A stretch of DNA of 63,567 bases, filler included, from Syncephalis fuscata S228 (lineage: Eukaryota > Fungi > Zoopagomycota): assembly GCA_025786725.1 (NCBI GenBank). It is 4 parts of 4 records of this genome, joined end to end, with 100 filler letters (N's around TTAATTAATTAA, not from the genome) between each part and the next. Parts side by side here need not be neighbours in the genome. Positions count along the whole stretch, not along the records: positions 1 to 29,522 come from JAHLTZ010000091.1; 3 more parts are not named here. One strand, 5' to 3'. The translations under genes and the position numbers were made by a program. A model generated the notes under the pieces. It did not search any database, was not told where the DNA came from, and saw only the letters and a program-made list of their open reading frames with translations. Shown here piece after piece: positions 1 through 13,543 of this stretch; the first letter of the stretch is position 1; each line of letters begins with the position of its first letter.

Positions 1-808
1 GGACAATGTTGGTCTATAGTGTCGTTAAATAACAAATAAATATATTAATATATATTCTAGTCTATTCTTTGCAAATAACTTACCTTCTCGGAAACGTAGA
101 TACCATCCAAGAACTTACGAATATCCTTGTTGCGGACACGTGTGGATTGCTGGATGCTAGCAGCGGATTGAGAGACGTTCTCGATATCGTTGCCCGAAAG
201 AATGATTTCATCCTTTTGCGCCTTGGAGTGCACGATGCTGACACCATCCAACATGGGCACACGACGGACGACCTTCTCGCCAAGGAAATTACGGATTTCG
301 ACTTCCGAACCATCATCGGCAATGTTGACGTTGATGGGGAAATGTGCGTACACAAAGCGCATCTTGTACAAGAATCCCTACAAACATTCACCCACAATTA
401 GTATGTCATAACAAAGTGTATACAGTGGATCCGCTCCACAAATAATAAATCTGTCCTAATACTTACACGAGTGACACCGGTGATCATGTTCTCGATGTGA
501 GAGGCAACAGTGCGAATGCAAGCAATGTGCTTGCGCTTACCGTGCCAGACCTTGACGCGCAACTTGGTGCTTGACACTGGAGTAATCTCGACATCAAGAT
601 GACGGAGGTTCTTGACGAGAGTGCCGCGTGGGCCCTTTACGGTAATTTCGCGGGCCTTCACGGAGACGGTGACTAGACGTGACATGGACAAACAATAATA
701 GGTTATTACACACACATTCTATAGATCGTAGTAGCCAGTCGTCTATACTAAACAATACTTACCGCCTTCCGGAATGTTAACGATTTGGTCCTTGGCAATG
801 TCCTTCAT
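1..808 (-). CDS. RPL9: 60S ribosomal protein L9 (uL6); 4 coding exons (808-763, 672-467, 377-84, 13-<1), 3' end runs off the window
   Basis: Spliced translation [32 protein letters not shown]...[19 protein letters not shown]...[20 protein letters not shown]. All introns are GT-AG and keep frame. Confidence 0.97.
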
Positions 809-1059
809 GGCTGAAACCTATGAATTCAAAAGTAGGTTAGAACGGCATTGGTTGTAATCGACAACGGCACAAGTATAGTATTTGTATAAATGTGTAGCAC
901 ACTAGAAATAGTAGTAATAAACATTTTTACAAATATATATAGCAATATAGACAAGCAGATAGATAGAAAAGAGTAATAGGACATTTATCCAGATACTTTA
1001 CAGTATATGCATATATTTAACATGCAATCTATAGTAAATGAATATGGAATCAACGTGCA

Positions 1060-1260
1060 GTATGTCACTAGACTTTTAACACGCGTTTCTGAATAGGTTC
1101 CCTCTACACTTTGACTAGCATATATACATATACAAGAAGAATGCATTCTATACACGGTCATTGACTAATTTGAAGCACTATGCTGCCTATTTCTAGTTAC
1201 AGCATAGCACACTCTTCATCTATACATCCATCTACTATTGCATAGATAGTCTACCGCGTT
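1060..1260 (-). ncRNA. Candidate intronic H/ACA box snoRNA in the RPL9 5'UTR intron
   Basis: Lies in a predicted intron (donor GTGGGT at 1372, branch CTAAC 840-836, AG at ~819-818). 5' domain closed by ACGCGGU/ACCGUGU, then ANANNA (AUAGAA, 1151-1146), then a second hairpin (UGCUAG/CUAGUG) followed by ACA + 3 nt. Folded by eye only. Confidence 0.5.
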
Positions 1261-1668
1261 CATTCATCGATTCATCCATTCATCAATCCATATATCCATC
1301 CAACTATCCAACTATCCATCCATCTGCCCGCTACTATCACCATCGCCGTTGTTCTATATTGCTGTTACCCACCGAACTTCCGACCTAGAGTTAACGGAGG
1401 TGTTGGAAAAGAGGAGGGGCCAAAATGGCTGTATGTTTGAGTGTGGATGCCATTCAATGCCACAGCCCCCGATGTGGATTACCACTATCCCGATTGACCC
1501 AACTCTTTATTTAAATGAGAATGGCATTGTTGTTAATGTGAAAGAATAGTACAGTTTTGTGTATACCGTCGTACTAGTCAGTCAGTCTATCAGTCAGTCA
1601 GTAATAAAGCGTATCTAGTGTATTTGCTGTGCTCCTCATTTCTTCACCTATTACTGATTCCTTCCATC

Positions 1669-2190
1669 ATGGCTTCCTTATTGCGTGCTAGCAGTAGCAG
1701 TCGCTGCATTGGCATGATCCGCCCTACAGCCACACATATGCGTCTAGTAACACCGATTCTACGACGCAATGCCAGTGGCGAACCACAATACAACGAGCCC
1801 AGTGGCTATTTATTCAATGAAAAGGTAGATTCTTTAGCATAAACGTGTAAAATACGAAGCGCGTCGCTTCCCTTTTATTCGTGATATTAATACTACAGTA
1901 TCGATTGCTATAGCCAACACCGGGTAAGAAACGAGTCCGCGAGGATTGGGAACTCCCATATATCTATGGAGGCGGTGCTCTGTTTCTGATGATCTCTGTT
2001 GCTCTCTACTACAAACCAAAACGCGAGTAAGTAGCTTTTAATAGTTGTAGTTGACCAGTACTGATCGTTTTTTCTTTTCTTCCACCACTTGTTGTTCAGC
2101 GTGTCTGCTTGGGCATATGAAGAAGCACGTCTACGAATGATAGAGCGCGGTGATTTACCTACTTACGAACGAACTAATGAACGTTCGTAG
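1669..2190 (+). CDS. NDUFB11: NADH:ubiquinone oxidoreductase ESSS subunit; exons 1669-1824, 1914-2026, 2100-2190
   Basis: Arg/Ser-rich mitochondrial presequence, then YNEPSGYLFNEKP..KRVREDWE, one TM helix, YKP..VSAWAYEEARLRM. This is the typical fungal ESSS pattern. Confidence 0.85.
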
Positions 2191-2341
2191 TTTTAAAACC
2201 TTTAAGATTAAAGCATAGCTTGATTTAACTATTTTATTATATTTGCTTGTCTATTTCCCCTTGACTCTATTGTGCTATTGTTTATCACCGTGTTACTTTT
2301 ACTTCTTCGTGTATTGCAATAGTGATTGCCAGTATTTCAAC

Positions 2342-2662
2342 ATGAATCCCTATGGCGATGACCCTACTAATGAGGAGATGACTTGGTGGTCTTTACTGCC
2401 CAGTGTCATCGTTTATGGCAGTCTTTGTTTTGCGGCACTCTATTTGACTTATTCCTATCACCCGTCTCTATTTGACTGTCGTAAGTAATAGCTACTATGG
2501 AACATCTATCTTGCTAATAACATTACCAATACTCTATCGATAAATGTAGCATTGGCACCAGAACGTAAACAAGAACTTGATGCGGAACGTCAACGTGCCT
2601 ATGCTCGTTTACAGACCAAACTAGATGCCAGTAGAACATCAACTGAACAAAATACCGAATAA
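2342..2662 (+). CDS. Small single-pass membrane protein (~83 aa); exons 2342-2480, 2550-2662
   Basis: ATG, one GTAAGT..CTAAT..TAG intron that keeps frame, a TM segment (WWSLLPSVIVYGSLCFAALYLTY) and a charged helical tail (ERKQELDAERQRAYARLQTKL). Confidence 0.7.
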
Positions 2663-3328
2663 ATGTTAATTCCAACTATTTTTACTAAATAGTATTTATT
2701 TAACATAATATACGATTATTATGTATACATTTTATTCATGTAATTAATCATCTATTTACTATGATTTATTTGGATCCTTCTTGCATTATTATTGGCTGTT
2801 TATTATGTTAGCATTGCTATATCATGATCAAGCAAGGTAATAGATATTTGTTTTAGTATATATATAACTTGGTTAGCAAATATCAAGTTTCTTAAAGTTA
2901 TTTATATACTGTACTAATGGTAATGCTGTTGGACTCTACTGTTTAGCTATACTAAATACGATTTAAACGGATTACTGATAATAATGATGTATAACAGTGC
3001 AATCAACTAATACTATGCTACCAACATCATTACCATCATTATTGTTGTTATTATATTTATACTAGAGGTGAATAGCGCGGCTCTCAACTTGCAGACGATA
3101 TATTTCCTCAACTCTGTCGAGATTAGGTAAGACTAATCAAAATTCCGATCATCGCCGCGTATTAATGATACCAGATGAGGTGCGGCAATATTGAGGTGGA
3201 ACGACAAATTGGTTTAACATTAATCACTTGTGGGATAATGATACACTCACTCACCTACACACATTTTACATTTTACATTGCCTCTATAACACACACACAC
3301 CTATACGTTATTCTTACCCGTATTCTAT

Positions 3329-6300
3329 ATGACGTCAAACGAAGATATAGCAGCAAAGACACTAGGTCAACAACTGGCCGCCAGTTATCGTATTGTTGTT
3401 CATGCTGAACAGCACTCACTGGAACAGGTAAGCCTATAATGGATATTGTCACTGAATATATATATAAATACACGACTATAATGAATGACTTATTGGTTAG
3501 GTCAACGAACAATTACAGCTACTAGTCAACTATGGAGGCCGCTTACCACTAACATGGTTTACGTCGTCACTGCAAGAAGCGCTACTATCGCTTTCGAAAG
3601 AAGCACTTACGTTTAAGCGTCCCTTGCTTGATGCTAATACACTTGCATTAACACTTCAGCTATGGTCATTTTGGATTCGTCGTCTCGGTGAATTCCACAA
3701 TAGTCCCTATCTTGAAGTAGTTATTGAACGTGCTCTAAACATTCTACAAGTGGCCAGTGATGAGCCACAGCTTAATGCAGTGTTAGAACCGTGTACCATA
3801 ACACTGGCTGTTGCAGTGGGTAAGGACTATTAATCAAAGCTAATTATCTATCTATTCATCATAAATGTTGTAGGTAAAATTAATGAAGAAATGGAGAAAT
3901 CAGTTACCAGTGCCTTATTAGCATGGATCATTGATGCTCGTCGTAAACATAAGTAAGTTTACATTATTAATTTGTTTAATGATCTAATAACTGTTGCTAG
4001 AGGATTAGATTTTATTTATCCCTGTGTGGCACATATTATGCAAACAGCTCGTAGAAATAGCACTATACGTGATACATCGGCAGTATTTCTACAGTCATGG
4101 AGTCCATTGGGAGCTGTTGTTTCTGATGAACCATTAATTGAAGACTGTCAGCAAATATATCGATTGTATCAACATATACTTGATCATAGAACATCATCCT
4201 CATCAAATGGTCATAGTACTGTTACTAAAAAGAATAGCAATAGTAGTGAAGTAGTCACTTTATCAAGTGAATCACGTCGTCGAATAGAACAACGTATCGA
4301 TGCATTACTCGCTAGTTTTGACGATGTATTTACTGCATCTAATATTAGTGGTAAGATAACTGTTTATATTTAATAGAAATATTATTTAATATATATATAT
4401 ATATGATTATCTAGTAAATACGTGCATTCTACTGGCCGCTGCTGGTATATTGTAAGTAATAGACGGATAGTAACAATTTTGTACTTATGATTATAAATAG
4501 ACGATCACCGGTTACTCCTTTGTTAGGCAAGGAAAGATGCATGGCATTAGAAGTACAGGTTTGGCATCGGATACAACAGATTATAGATATGAATATATCG
4601 CTAAAGGAATCTAGTAAGTAGACTAGTATATAGTAGTATATTTCATTTATAATGTGCTATATTAATGTAAATAGACGCACTCGCCTTTACTTGTGGTCAT
4701 TGTTTACCTGTAATGGATTTATCCAAGTGTTGTAAAGAATCTGATGCTAAAACAATTGAAGTAATTAATAATAATAATAATAACAAATGGTCATTACTAA
4801 GTAATATGTAATAGATGCTTTTAAATGGCCTATTGTCATTTCTACTTGATAATCCACATACACTTGCTTATGAATTTCTTTTATCGCTATCTATTGGTCT
4901 ACAACGTGATTCTACTCATGTAGGCTAAATATATAGATTGATTTTATAACTAATATATTTATTAGATACCTGAGGCGGCAGTCAACTTATTAAAAGATAA
5001 AACATCCGGTATAATGTTTGGTGAAGTTGGTCATTTGTCACGGGCTATTGCTAGTCTCCTTGGAATATCCAACATAGCAACTATTGATCAATGTGTAGAT
5101 CGGTTAGTGTTAACTATAATAGTTGGTAATTATTTGTATTAACATTAATGTATAGATTAAAGATATTCGCTCATAATCAATTGTTAGCATGGGCCAATTG
5201 TGCTGCACTTGTTCCATTAGGTAAATGATTAGTTATAATTTATAATATTATATAACAGATCCAAACTAACCTATATACATATATAGAAACAGAGAAATCG
5301 ACTATTGATATGATATGGCAGCATTTTAAATTTTCACTATTTGCTTTTACACTTATTATGGGAGCCATTACTGAACATTCATCAGTTAGTGTGGAGCATT
5401 GTAAGTCTGGAATGTTTGCTATTATTTTCATGTATTAAACACTTGCATTAGTGATGAGTCTTTTATCGACAGCTCAATATTTACACTTTATTACATTAAA
5501 GGTGGGCAGTTTCTCGGCGTATCAATCAATGCTCGTAACGATTGTAAAATCGTTGAGGAAATCACCTGATACACTGGCCTATGCAATTCGTCAAATTCAT
5601 CCAAAAGTATCAGAACAAAGTAAGCTGATATATATTTATTAATAGTAGATAGTAATAATAACCATATATAATATATAATAATAGCAGTAGAATCGAATGA
5701 TACTAAACGCGCTTGTCTTTTATTCTATTTTGATTTGATTGAACAAAATGTTGACATTATTCCAGATATCCAATTGGCAGAAGAGATATTACCATTAACA
5801 CAACCGTGAGTAATGGCCATACTTTCTATTTAATCCAATCTAGTCTAATTTATTATTGATTTGTCATTGGTTTATTTAGTTATCTTAATTCAAAATCACA
5901 TCAAGATGCATTTGAATCAGCTCATTCAGTACTACTAAGTGTATTCTTAAAGAAGAAATTACTAGCCACTCAGTTGGGTCCTTATTACGCAAATTGGCTA
6001 TTAGAGGTATTTGATAAATGGAATGGTATTGTAATTACATTATATTAACCAATTAAAATTATTAGAGCTATCCTAGTCTACTTAGCATTGATCAGTTACG
6101 GCGAGTTTACACGGCTATGGTAGACTGTTTGGCCGATCAGGATTCGGCTCTAGCCTGGCTAACTGTTCAGCGTCTTATAGATGCAATCGATGCACTATCG
6201 CCTATAGATCCAGTCAAATCAGCCATCGATATCAATAACAATGAAGATGCAGCTGAATTGGCCACAGCCATTACTCGAGGTCATTTATTGGTAACACTCT

Positions 6301-6521
6301 TTGATCAGTTGCCAACTGTTCCACTGGTGCAATTGGATCATCTTATGGAGCGTGTCCGTCATTATTTACTTGCTGAACAGCCATCATTGGCCCGATCAGC
6401 ATTGGTTAAAATATTATTTGATAATGTTAGTCGATCACTTGACTTTTCTCGTAAAGAAAGAGCTACCAAATGGTATCTTTCGTTAGTAGATGAACTCGGA
6501 CAGTCAGGTGTATCATTATAA
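3329..6521 (+). CDS. PEX8: Multi-exon alpha-helical protein, probable peroxin Pex8 homolog
   Basis: Many short GT-AG introns. C-terminal exons give FESAHSVLLSVF..LGPYYANWLLE..YPSLLSIDQLRRVYTAMV..LLVTLFDQLPTVP..SLDFSRKERATKWY, which resemble fungal Pex8 motifs as I recall them. The gene call is firm; the family call is moderate. Confidence 0.55.
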
Positions 6522-6604
6522 CAATATTAAAAATAATACCATTATAGCACGTTATACACACATCAATTATATTATAATGTTACTTATTTACTATATAAAT
6601 GTGA

Positions 6605-7497
6605 TTATTCACGAGGTATAAACTTTGCATATTGATCCTTTGTAATGGCCTCATAAATCTCTTCTGTGCCTTCTGCTAGCTCATCTACAAACACTCCTAA
6701 ATATACTACCGTTAGTTTTACAGTGTTATTTGGCTATCTAACTAGTCTCATTACCAGGTGAACCGGCATAAACGGAGAATGAGGCAATGACACTGTAGGG
6801 TGGAATAACTGTGTTATCTTCAATGCGTACACAATCCTTGATAATTGTGAATCGGCCCTATGTGTATTTGATATCAATCAATTAATTAACTATATATTAA
6901 TAAACCATTGGTGTATACTTACAATAATACAATTTTTGCCGATATGTACATAAGAACCAATATATCCCGATTCAACAATAGAGCCTTCACCAATAATTGT
7001 ATGATCTCCTATTTTCATTGGATAATAGCTGAAAGTGCTATTATATGCATGTCAAATATATACGCCAACTATAAGTATCCAATTAAATGACATGGCACAC
7101 AGTAGGTACTGACCCTTTATGCGTTTTACATGGTGGTCGAATAACTGTACCGGCGCCCAAAGTGCAATAACGGCCAATAGCCACTACAACCACATGACCA
7201 GGGACAATGCGACGTAGATCACCACGAATAATACAGTTACTATGTATAATCGTCTAGTAGGCAACGAGAAGACAAAAGAGCGGTGACGTGTTGTTTAAAC
7301 TACTTGTCTAGGAAGCGTTGCTCAGCTTACCTTGCCACCAAGAATGATATTTTGACTGCCGCTAATAAAACAACTGCGGCTTACTTTATTGCCTGTATCC
7401 TATTATTACGCGGTGTAAGTGTAAAAGCAATAAATACTGCAGTACTTGCCGTTTCAATAAATTCCGCTCGTTTATAAGTAGTGACGGGTAGCTCCAT
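6605..7497 (-). CDS. DCTN5: Dynactin subunit p25 (multi-exon; first intron GC-AG)
   Basis: MELPVTTYKRAEFIET|DTGNKVSRSCFISGSQNIILGGK...IRGDLRR, beta-helix repeats, ends DQYAKFIPRE*. Confidence 0.92.
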
Positions 7498-7893
7498 GAT
7501 GAAAGCAAGGAATGTGTCGAAACTAAATGTGTGGCGAGAAAGAAGTGATGTGTGGTCACAACAACAACATAATAAAGATCTATTAAATTCAATCAACAAT
7601 TCATATATGACTATTACCGTAGATTCACTATCCAGTATGCATATATCCTCTATTTATATAGACCATTATATTCTTATATTTACATAGTATTGCGTTACTA
7701 CTAGTTACACTGCCATTATTTCTAAACTATCTCACCTCCATGTTGATCTATTTTATTTTAAACTTGCTATTCCTACATATACCCATCACTTGACTTGGAT
7801 ATTATCAAAATTAATAACTAATTATACAATAAAGCAATAAAACAATACAAAGAATATACGGTGTGAAATAACGATTAGTCATGCTGAAGTTAA

Positions 7894-8293
7894 TGAGCAT
7901 ATATGCATGATCAATGAGCGGAATTAGTCGGCATTTATTAGTAATAAAGCTAGAACAAAAATAAAAGTAGCATTGGATAGAGGAGGGCTAGGCGATTATA
8001 GAATAATATATAGAATGACAAATATACGGTGAGAAAGTATATAAAATGATGTTAAAGCTATAGTGCATATAATGCAATGAGTAGACGGAATGGAGTGTAA
8101 TGGAACATATAAACAATAAAATGTGTCTAATATATAGTAGTGTGTGACAGAATGGAAATGATATAAGTAAATGGTGGTTATATGCATACTGAATAATAAA
8201 TCTATGATGATGAGTATTTGATGATTGATGTCACTTACCGCCCATCATCATGTTCAATAGATTGGGCGTCATTAAATATTAGTCATTTGGCCA
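7894..8293 (+). repeat. Dispersed repeat family copy (non-autonomous transposon/MITE-like arm)
   Basis: Near-identical to 13544 onward for ~230 bp (offset 5650). Carries the family motifs ATGCATACTG(G/A)ATAATAAATCTATGATGATGAGTATTTG and CATCATGTTCAATAGATTGG..AGTCATTTG. Confidence 0.9.
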
Positions 8294-8499
8294 TTAAATT
8301 ATGAGTATTTAATAAATTGTTTAATATAACTGTGCTAAACTTAATACAAAAAGACAGCCAACTAAATAAATTACCAATATCATTATTAACATGAATAATG
8401 TGATGTAGTTGCATTAAACGTAGCCAATTGTAATATTTAAATATTTGCAAGAAAAGACATGCTTGTTTATTTAATAAAATAACTACCTGAATATTAATA

Positions 8500-9460
8500 C
8501 CATAATACAAATCGAATGAGCAAATGGCGTCTTGTGGTCCTGTTTTTAATGAGTCTAAGCAATTCCTAAATATATATATCTATTGAAAACAGCATAAGTA
8601 ACTTGTCGTGTAAATTAACTATAGAAAGATATTGAATAACCACATTGATAAATACTTGAGACGTGTATCCTGAATATCAGACAAATCGCACATACATTAG
8701 AATCAAGTAATCATTGACTGCAATCGCTCATCACCAGCGTTTGCAACTCAACTCGCACTTAGCTATCTCAATGAAAATCACTAACTCGTTTCGATTATCT
8801 TTACAACACATCCAATCAAACGCAGTTGGACTAGCTCTCACTCCCTGCAACTGTGAGGAGACACAGCGTATACGCAATATGTCGTTAAACGCATGCATAT
8901 ATTGCACCCCCTCAGGTATGGTCAATAAATGATGCATATGATGTATACAAATAATATATAGCATCATACACCGTCAATTATATCATGCAGGTGTAAGTTA
9001 GCCCACCCCATATAGACAACGCAAACACTATACATCAGATATTGCATGTATCTGAAGTAACATGAATATGATGGCGTTGCCTATATCCCCAAGTATTACC
9101 AATATAACCATCACATGCAAGCGCTAGTCAAAAACCAATAATCGCAAACAGCTGTCCAATCGACTATACCATGTACGGAAACACATTCTGTGGCATGTCG
9201 GAATACATGCACATATCATATAGTGTTATTAGACTATATATCTTCAGAGCGCTATCTATCATATAGCCAAAAGTACAATTGCATTGCGCTATCCACGCCA
9301 ATTACTTAGCTCAAGTATGTAAAATAGTAAGCGACGATCTTGGAATGAGGAGACAACGAATGAGTAAAAGTGTAGTAAGAAGAAAATATTATTATGAGCA
9401 AGGAGTGTGGTATCGAGTGAGGAAAGATAGAAAAAGAAGAAAGAAATGGTGGCTAGTCTG
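8500..9460 (-). pseudogene. Decayed gene, paralog of 11570-12190 (possibly F-box-like family)
   Basis: Collinear DNA similarity with 11570-12190 (e.g. ATAGCCAAAAGTACAATTGCATTGCG vs ATAGCCAAAAGGCACAACTGCATCGC). No long intact ORF. Confidence 0.45.
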
Positions 9461-11039
9461 AGGGAGGCGGTGGCAAAACTAGTTTATATAGCAGTAAAAC
9501 TGACGGAAGGATGCAGACATTTGTTTATACTATCGGCGGATTCTTGGCAAATTACCATAAATGGCTGGTTTACTCTGAACATGTCCGAGACATATAGTCG
9601 TCATCGAGTGCACGGTGCTGGCTGATATCAGGGCGCAGTCAATTGGCCAATTAGACTGCTGCTTTGATATGCCCCTATACCCCATTTAGTTAGCTGTGTC
9701 AATTCATTCCAAAGTTTCGGGACCATTTTACACCCATTTCTATGCACCTAATTTAAGCCTTTTTGTTAACATGATAACGTAATGCATGTAGCTTGCTCAT
9801 GACTTTATAGCCAACTGTACAAACATTATGTCGGTGTTATAGTTAATAATTTATTTATTGTCTTTATTTCATATTAATAAAATAAAATATTATCGTGTCT
9901 GAAACAAAATAGAGCTGCTTTACGCTGAAACACGACAGCTGTATTTGCACTTGATATCATTTTTAATAATAAACTTGTTTAAAAGATTAATCTGTGTATT
10001 CTAACATTGCTTTAGTGATATGAATTATATTCAAATACCGATAAACCCTCCGATACTGACATATTGGGCTTAGTCAAATAAAGGCGGAGGAAGGAATTAT
10101 GTGGCGGCGTGTATCCCGATCATAGCGTTTTTGCCATCAAAGCACAAATGACGTCTTATGTATAATATTGGTTTTGCCTTTGTTTAGAAGCTACATTGCT
10201 CTAATTCCTTGTCGTTTATATCCTCCAACTACATATATATATCAGTAAAACAACTTAATTGGTCATCAATGATTTATTTTTGTGTTGGTTTCAGCTCTTA
10301 TCAATTGTACAGTTTTACAATTATTAGCAAATAATGATTGTTTTTATTTTATTAGTATAAAATGGAAGCAATATACAATTATATTGCTTATGATATTAGT
10401 ACATTATTTATATAGTTGGTTATAAAAACATAAGCGAAACAGAATTTGCAGCTAGTATCTATCCATTATGCTTAATCAACTGCATCGTGTAACGCAAATA
10501 CTCTCCATCTGTTTCGGCTTTGCGGCATAAAGTGGCTTTACTGCTTTTTTCTGAATCAAACTTTATGTTCTTATATTTTCTTGCCATTATGTATTGCTCA
10601 ATATGATTTACACTTGCTATATACTTAAAAATCACAAAACTACTGCTGATTACTGTTTGGCATAATTGAGCTTTGTAAATGAATATGTGTGCTGAATTAT
10701 TGTCCTGCCTTTTGTCTATGTGATTTGATGGCATCCGTAGACATATATTTGGCTAAAACTATATAATAATGTGATGTTCCAATATGCCACATAAGGTATT
10801 TCAATATCAACTGATCAATCGGTTATACTAATTAATGAACATGAGTGTTTACTATGTGCTTGTAATAATTACATTGATATAATTATTTGATTGTTAATAT
10901 GACATAGATTTTGTACTTAAAGATATTGGTTAATCTACAATTTAAAAAAGAAATAGTAAATAAGTTAAAATCAATAGCAGTGAATAAAATAATAAATGTA
11001 ATGAGTATACTGGAATGATTGGAATAAGCTGAAACTTAT

Positions 11040-11360
11040 TAATAACAAAGCTAGCAACAAAAAGCAATAGTTTTGGATAGAGAAAAGCAAAGTGCATATA
11101 AGATGGCATATATTAAAATGAATATGCAGTAAAGTGTATGAATAATGGTACTGAAGCTATAGTATACATAATACAATGAGTGGACCAAGTTTATTGTGAT
11201 TGATACCAAATAGAATGTGTCTAGCATATTATATAATGATATATGATAGTGTAGGATATAATGGAAATGATATAGGTGAAATGCATACTGGATAATAAAT
11301 CTACAATGATGAGTATTTGATGATTAATGTCACTCACCACCCACCATCATGTTCAATAAA
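11040..11360 (+). repeat. Diverged copy of the dispersed repeat family
   Basis: ATGCATACTGGATAATAAATCTACAATGATGAGTATTTGATGATTAATGTCACTCACCACCCACCATCATGTTCAATA, with collinear upstream similarity to the 7894 copy. Confidence 0.85.
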
Positions 11361-11569
11361 TTTAATAACATTCAATTTAATAATTTATCTTCAAAGCACA
11401 TTCAATGGCTTAATAGGTTGTTTATTATCAGTGTAATAACAATAGCAGAAACAACTAGTACTATTATTAAATGGGAAGATGTCTGTATTTATATGAACGC
11501 AACTAATAGTAGTATGTTAATAAATAAGAAATGCTACATTTATTTATTTAAACAAAGAAATACATAAAT

Positions 11570-12190
11570 AATGATAGACTAGTACAAACCGGATGACTGT
11601 ACAGCATATTGTGGCCCTGTTCTTGCCAAATCTAAATATCTCTCAAATTTATATCTATTGAAGAGGGTCAGTAAACGAGATGAGCCACATGTGCCAATGA
11701 TGTTTGCTGCTTGACTACACCGCAATAAGTAGTGGTTGTCCAAACAACATTTGCTCTGCACCATCAGATATCAGATATCTTCAAGCGCAAACCTTATGTC
11801 GCCTCAACAGCCAGATACTCAGCAAGGCAACCTCGCAAACAAACACACGGTAAGCGTACCAATGTTACTATACAAAAGACCAATCAACTATGTGCAGACA
11901 AGCGCCTTCTACAGCATGCTGGAGTACACACTGCGTGATATATAGCTTCTAGAACACTGCATATCCAGTGCTTCATAGCCAAAAGGCACAACTGCATCGC
12001 ACCTCCCACGCCCGTTTACCGACCTTAGTACATGTAGCAGCAACCAGCAGTGATCTTGTAATCATTAGACGGCTAGCAAGTGCAAAGCATATTGGACAAC
12101 AAATGGCAGTAAGGGCGAATGAGTGTAGTGTATATCGAGTGGTAAAGAGTAGAAAGAGAAGATAAAGGTGCAGTGTTGGTTCGGAGGAGC
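11570..12190 (-). pseudogene. Decayed gene, paralog of 8500-9460; weak F-box-like N-terminus
   Basis: Homologous to 8500-9460. One frame reads ICFALASRL..LLVAATCTKV...FWL with stops and shifts. Confidence 0.4.
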
Positions 12191-13543
12191 GGTAAAGCCA
12201 GCTTATGTATTGTGATAGTTGTGGAAAATGTCGTAATAAAACATGAGCCGTCTAAAACCGTCTATGACCAATGTACTACGCAATTGCTCTTAGTCTTCCG
12301 TATAAGCAGCTACAACCATTCCAGTAGAATCTTCAGTACATGTAACTATTAGTGTAATATGTAGTAAACCGTGTGTTTTTTTGTACACTTATTGCAAAAG
12401 AGTCTTTATTGCTGTCATTATATTGTCTGAACATTAATATTGGTAAGCTCTTTACAACGCGATAAGCTGATGGATTAAATCTAGATTACACGGCTTAACC
12501 GACTAAGCGTAAAAATGATCTATGCTAAACTTTACATGTAGCATAGCAAGTAAATCTGTCTATTTGGCAATATCAGTTATGGCTTTATTTCAAACAATGC
12601 CGATCATTTAGGCGGCACGCAAAGCAGCTAAATGGGACCAGTTTCAAGCTTGTAGCTACAGTAAATACCAATGGCTTATATGTTGAATACTAATGCAATC
12701 CATCTAATAAAATCTTTAAAGCAAATTGTTTTTGGCCAAGTTTATTATTGCTTTTAACTGTGTCGAATAGAGTAGCCAGCACTGTCTACGGCCACATGGT
12801 AAATATACGTACACTTTGTCCTTATGCTCAAGTAGCTATAGCGCAATACATGATTACTCTGCAATAAGCTATACGACACTTTTAAAGCACGTATACATAA
12901 CACCCATAGCAAATATCTATTTTGTAATAACAAGCTTTATTTGATATAATAGCTTATACCAGTTCATCGCTGGCCCGTTTGATACCATTGCAACATATCA
13001 GCACTGGAAAACAGCAAAAAGAGCACTAGCAGTGTAAGAAGGCTATTCTACTTGCGCGTTTGTGTGCAAAGAGTAAAAGAAGTGCTCAGAGCTAAACTTT
13101 GCAACAAACAGCTAACAAGGAACGTATAGCTTCTGCAAATAAAGCATAGCCATTAAGCATACAATAATATGGAGCAAATAAAATATCAAAAGTAATTGTG
13201 TGAGTAGCAGCATTAAAGCTATAGTGCGCCTTGGAAAGGAATGACTAAGCGGAACGAGTCAAACTTGTCAATATTAAGCTGGCGTCAAGCTGACAGTAGT
13301 TATTGATGGCGCATAGTAACTGTACGGTAAAATAGCATAACAGCTATCAGCTATGTTAGTTAAAAGACAACTAGCTTTGTTAAAGCTATCGAGCATATAT
13401 GCATGAGCAGATAAGCAACTTGCGTGAACTTTTCTAATAATGGTGCTAGAACCAAACAGACAACAGTAATAGCTAGCGCGTATTTACTGGATAATAAAAC
13501 GAATATACAAAGTAAAAAGTATGGACAGCAGTGGTATAGCTAC

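Noticed and set aside
69-411. Plus-strand ORFs overlapping RPL9, and similar antisense ORFs over PP2A-A, PSD and RasGAP
   Set aside because: These are shadow ORFs antisense to well-supported genes.
7996-8187. Duplicated small ORF MHITTIYLYHFHS.. (also 13646-13852)
   Set aside because: It lies inside the dispersed repeat and is not maintained in the other copies.
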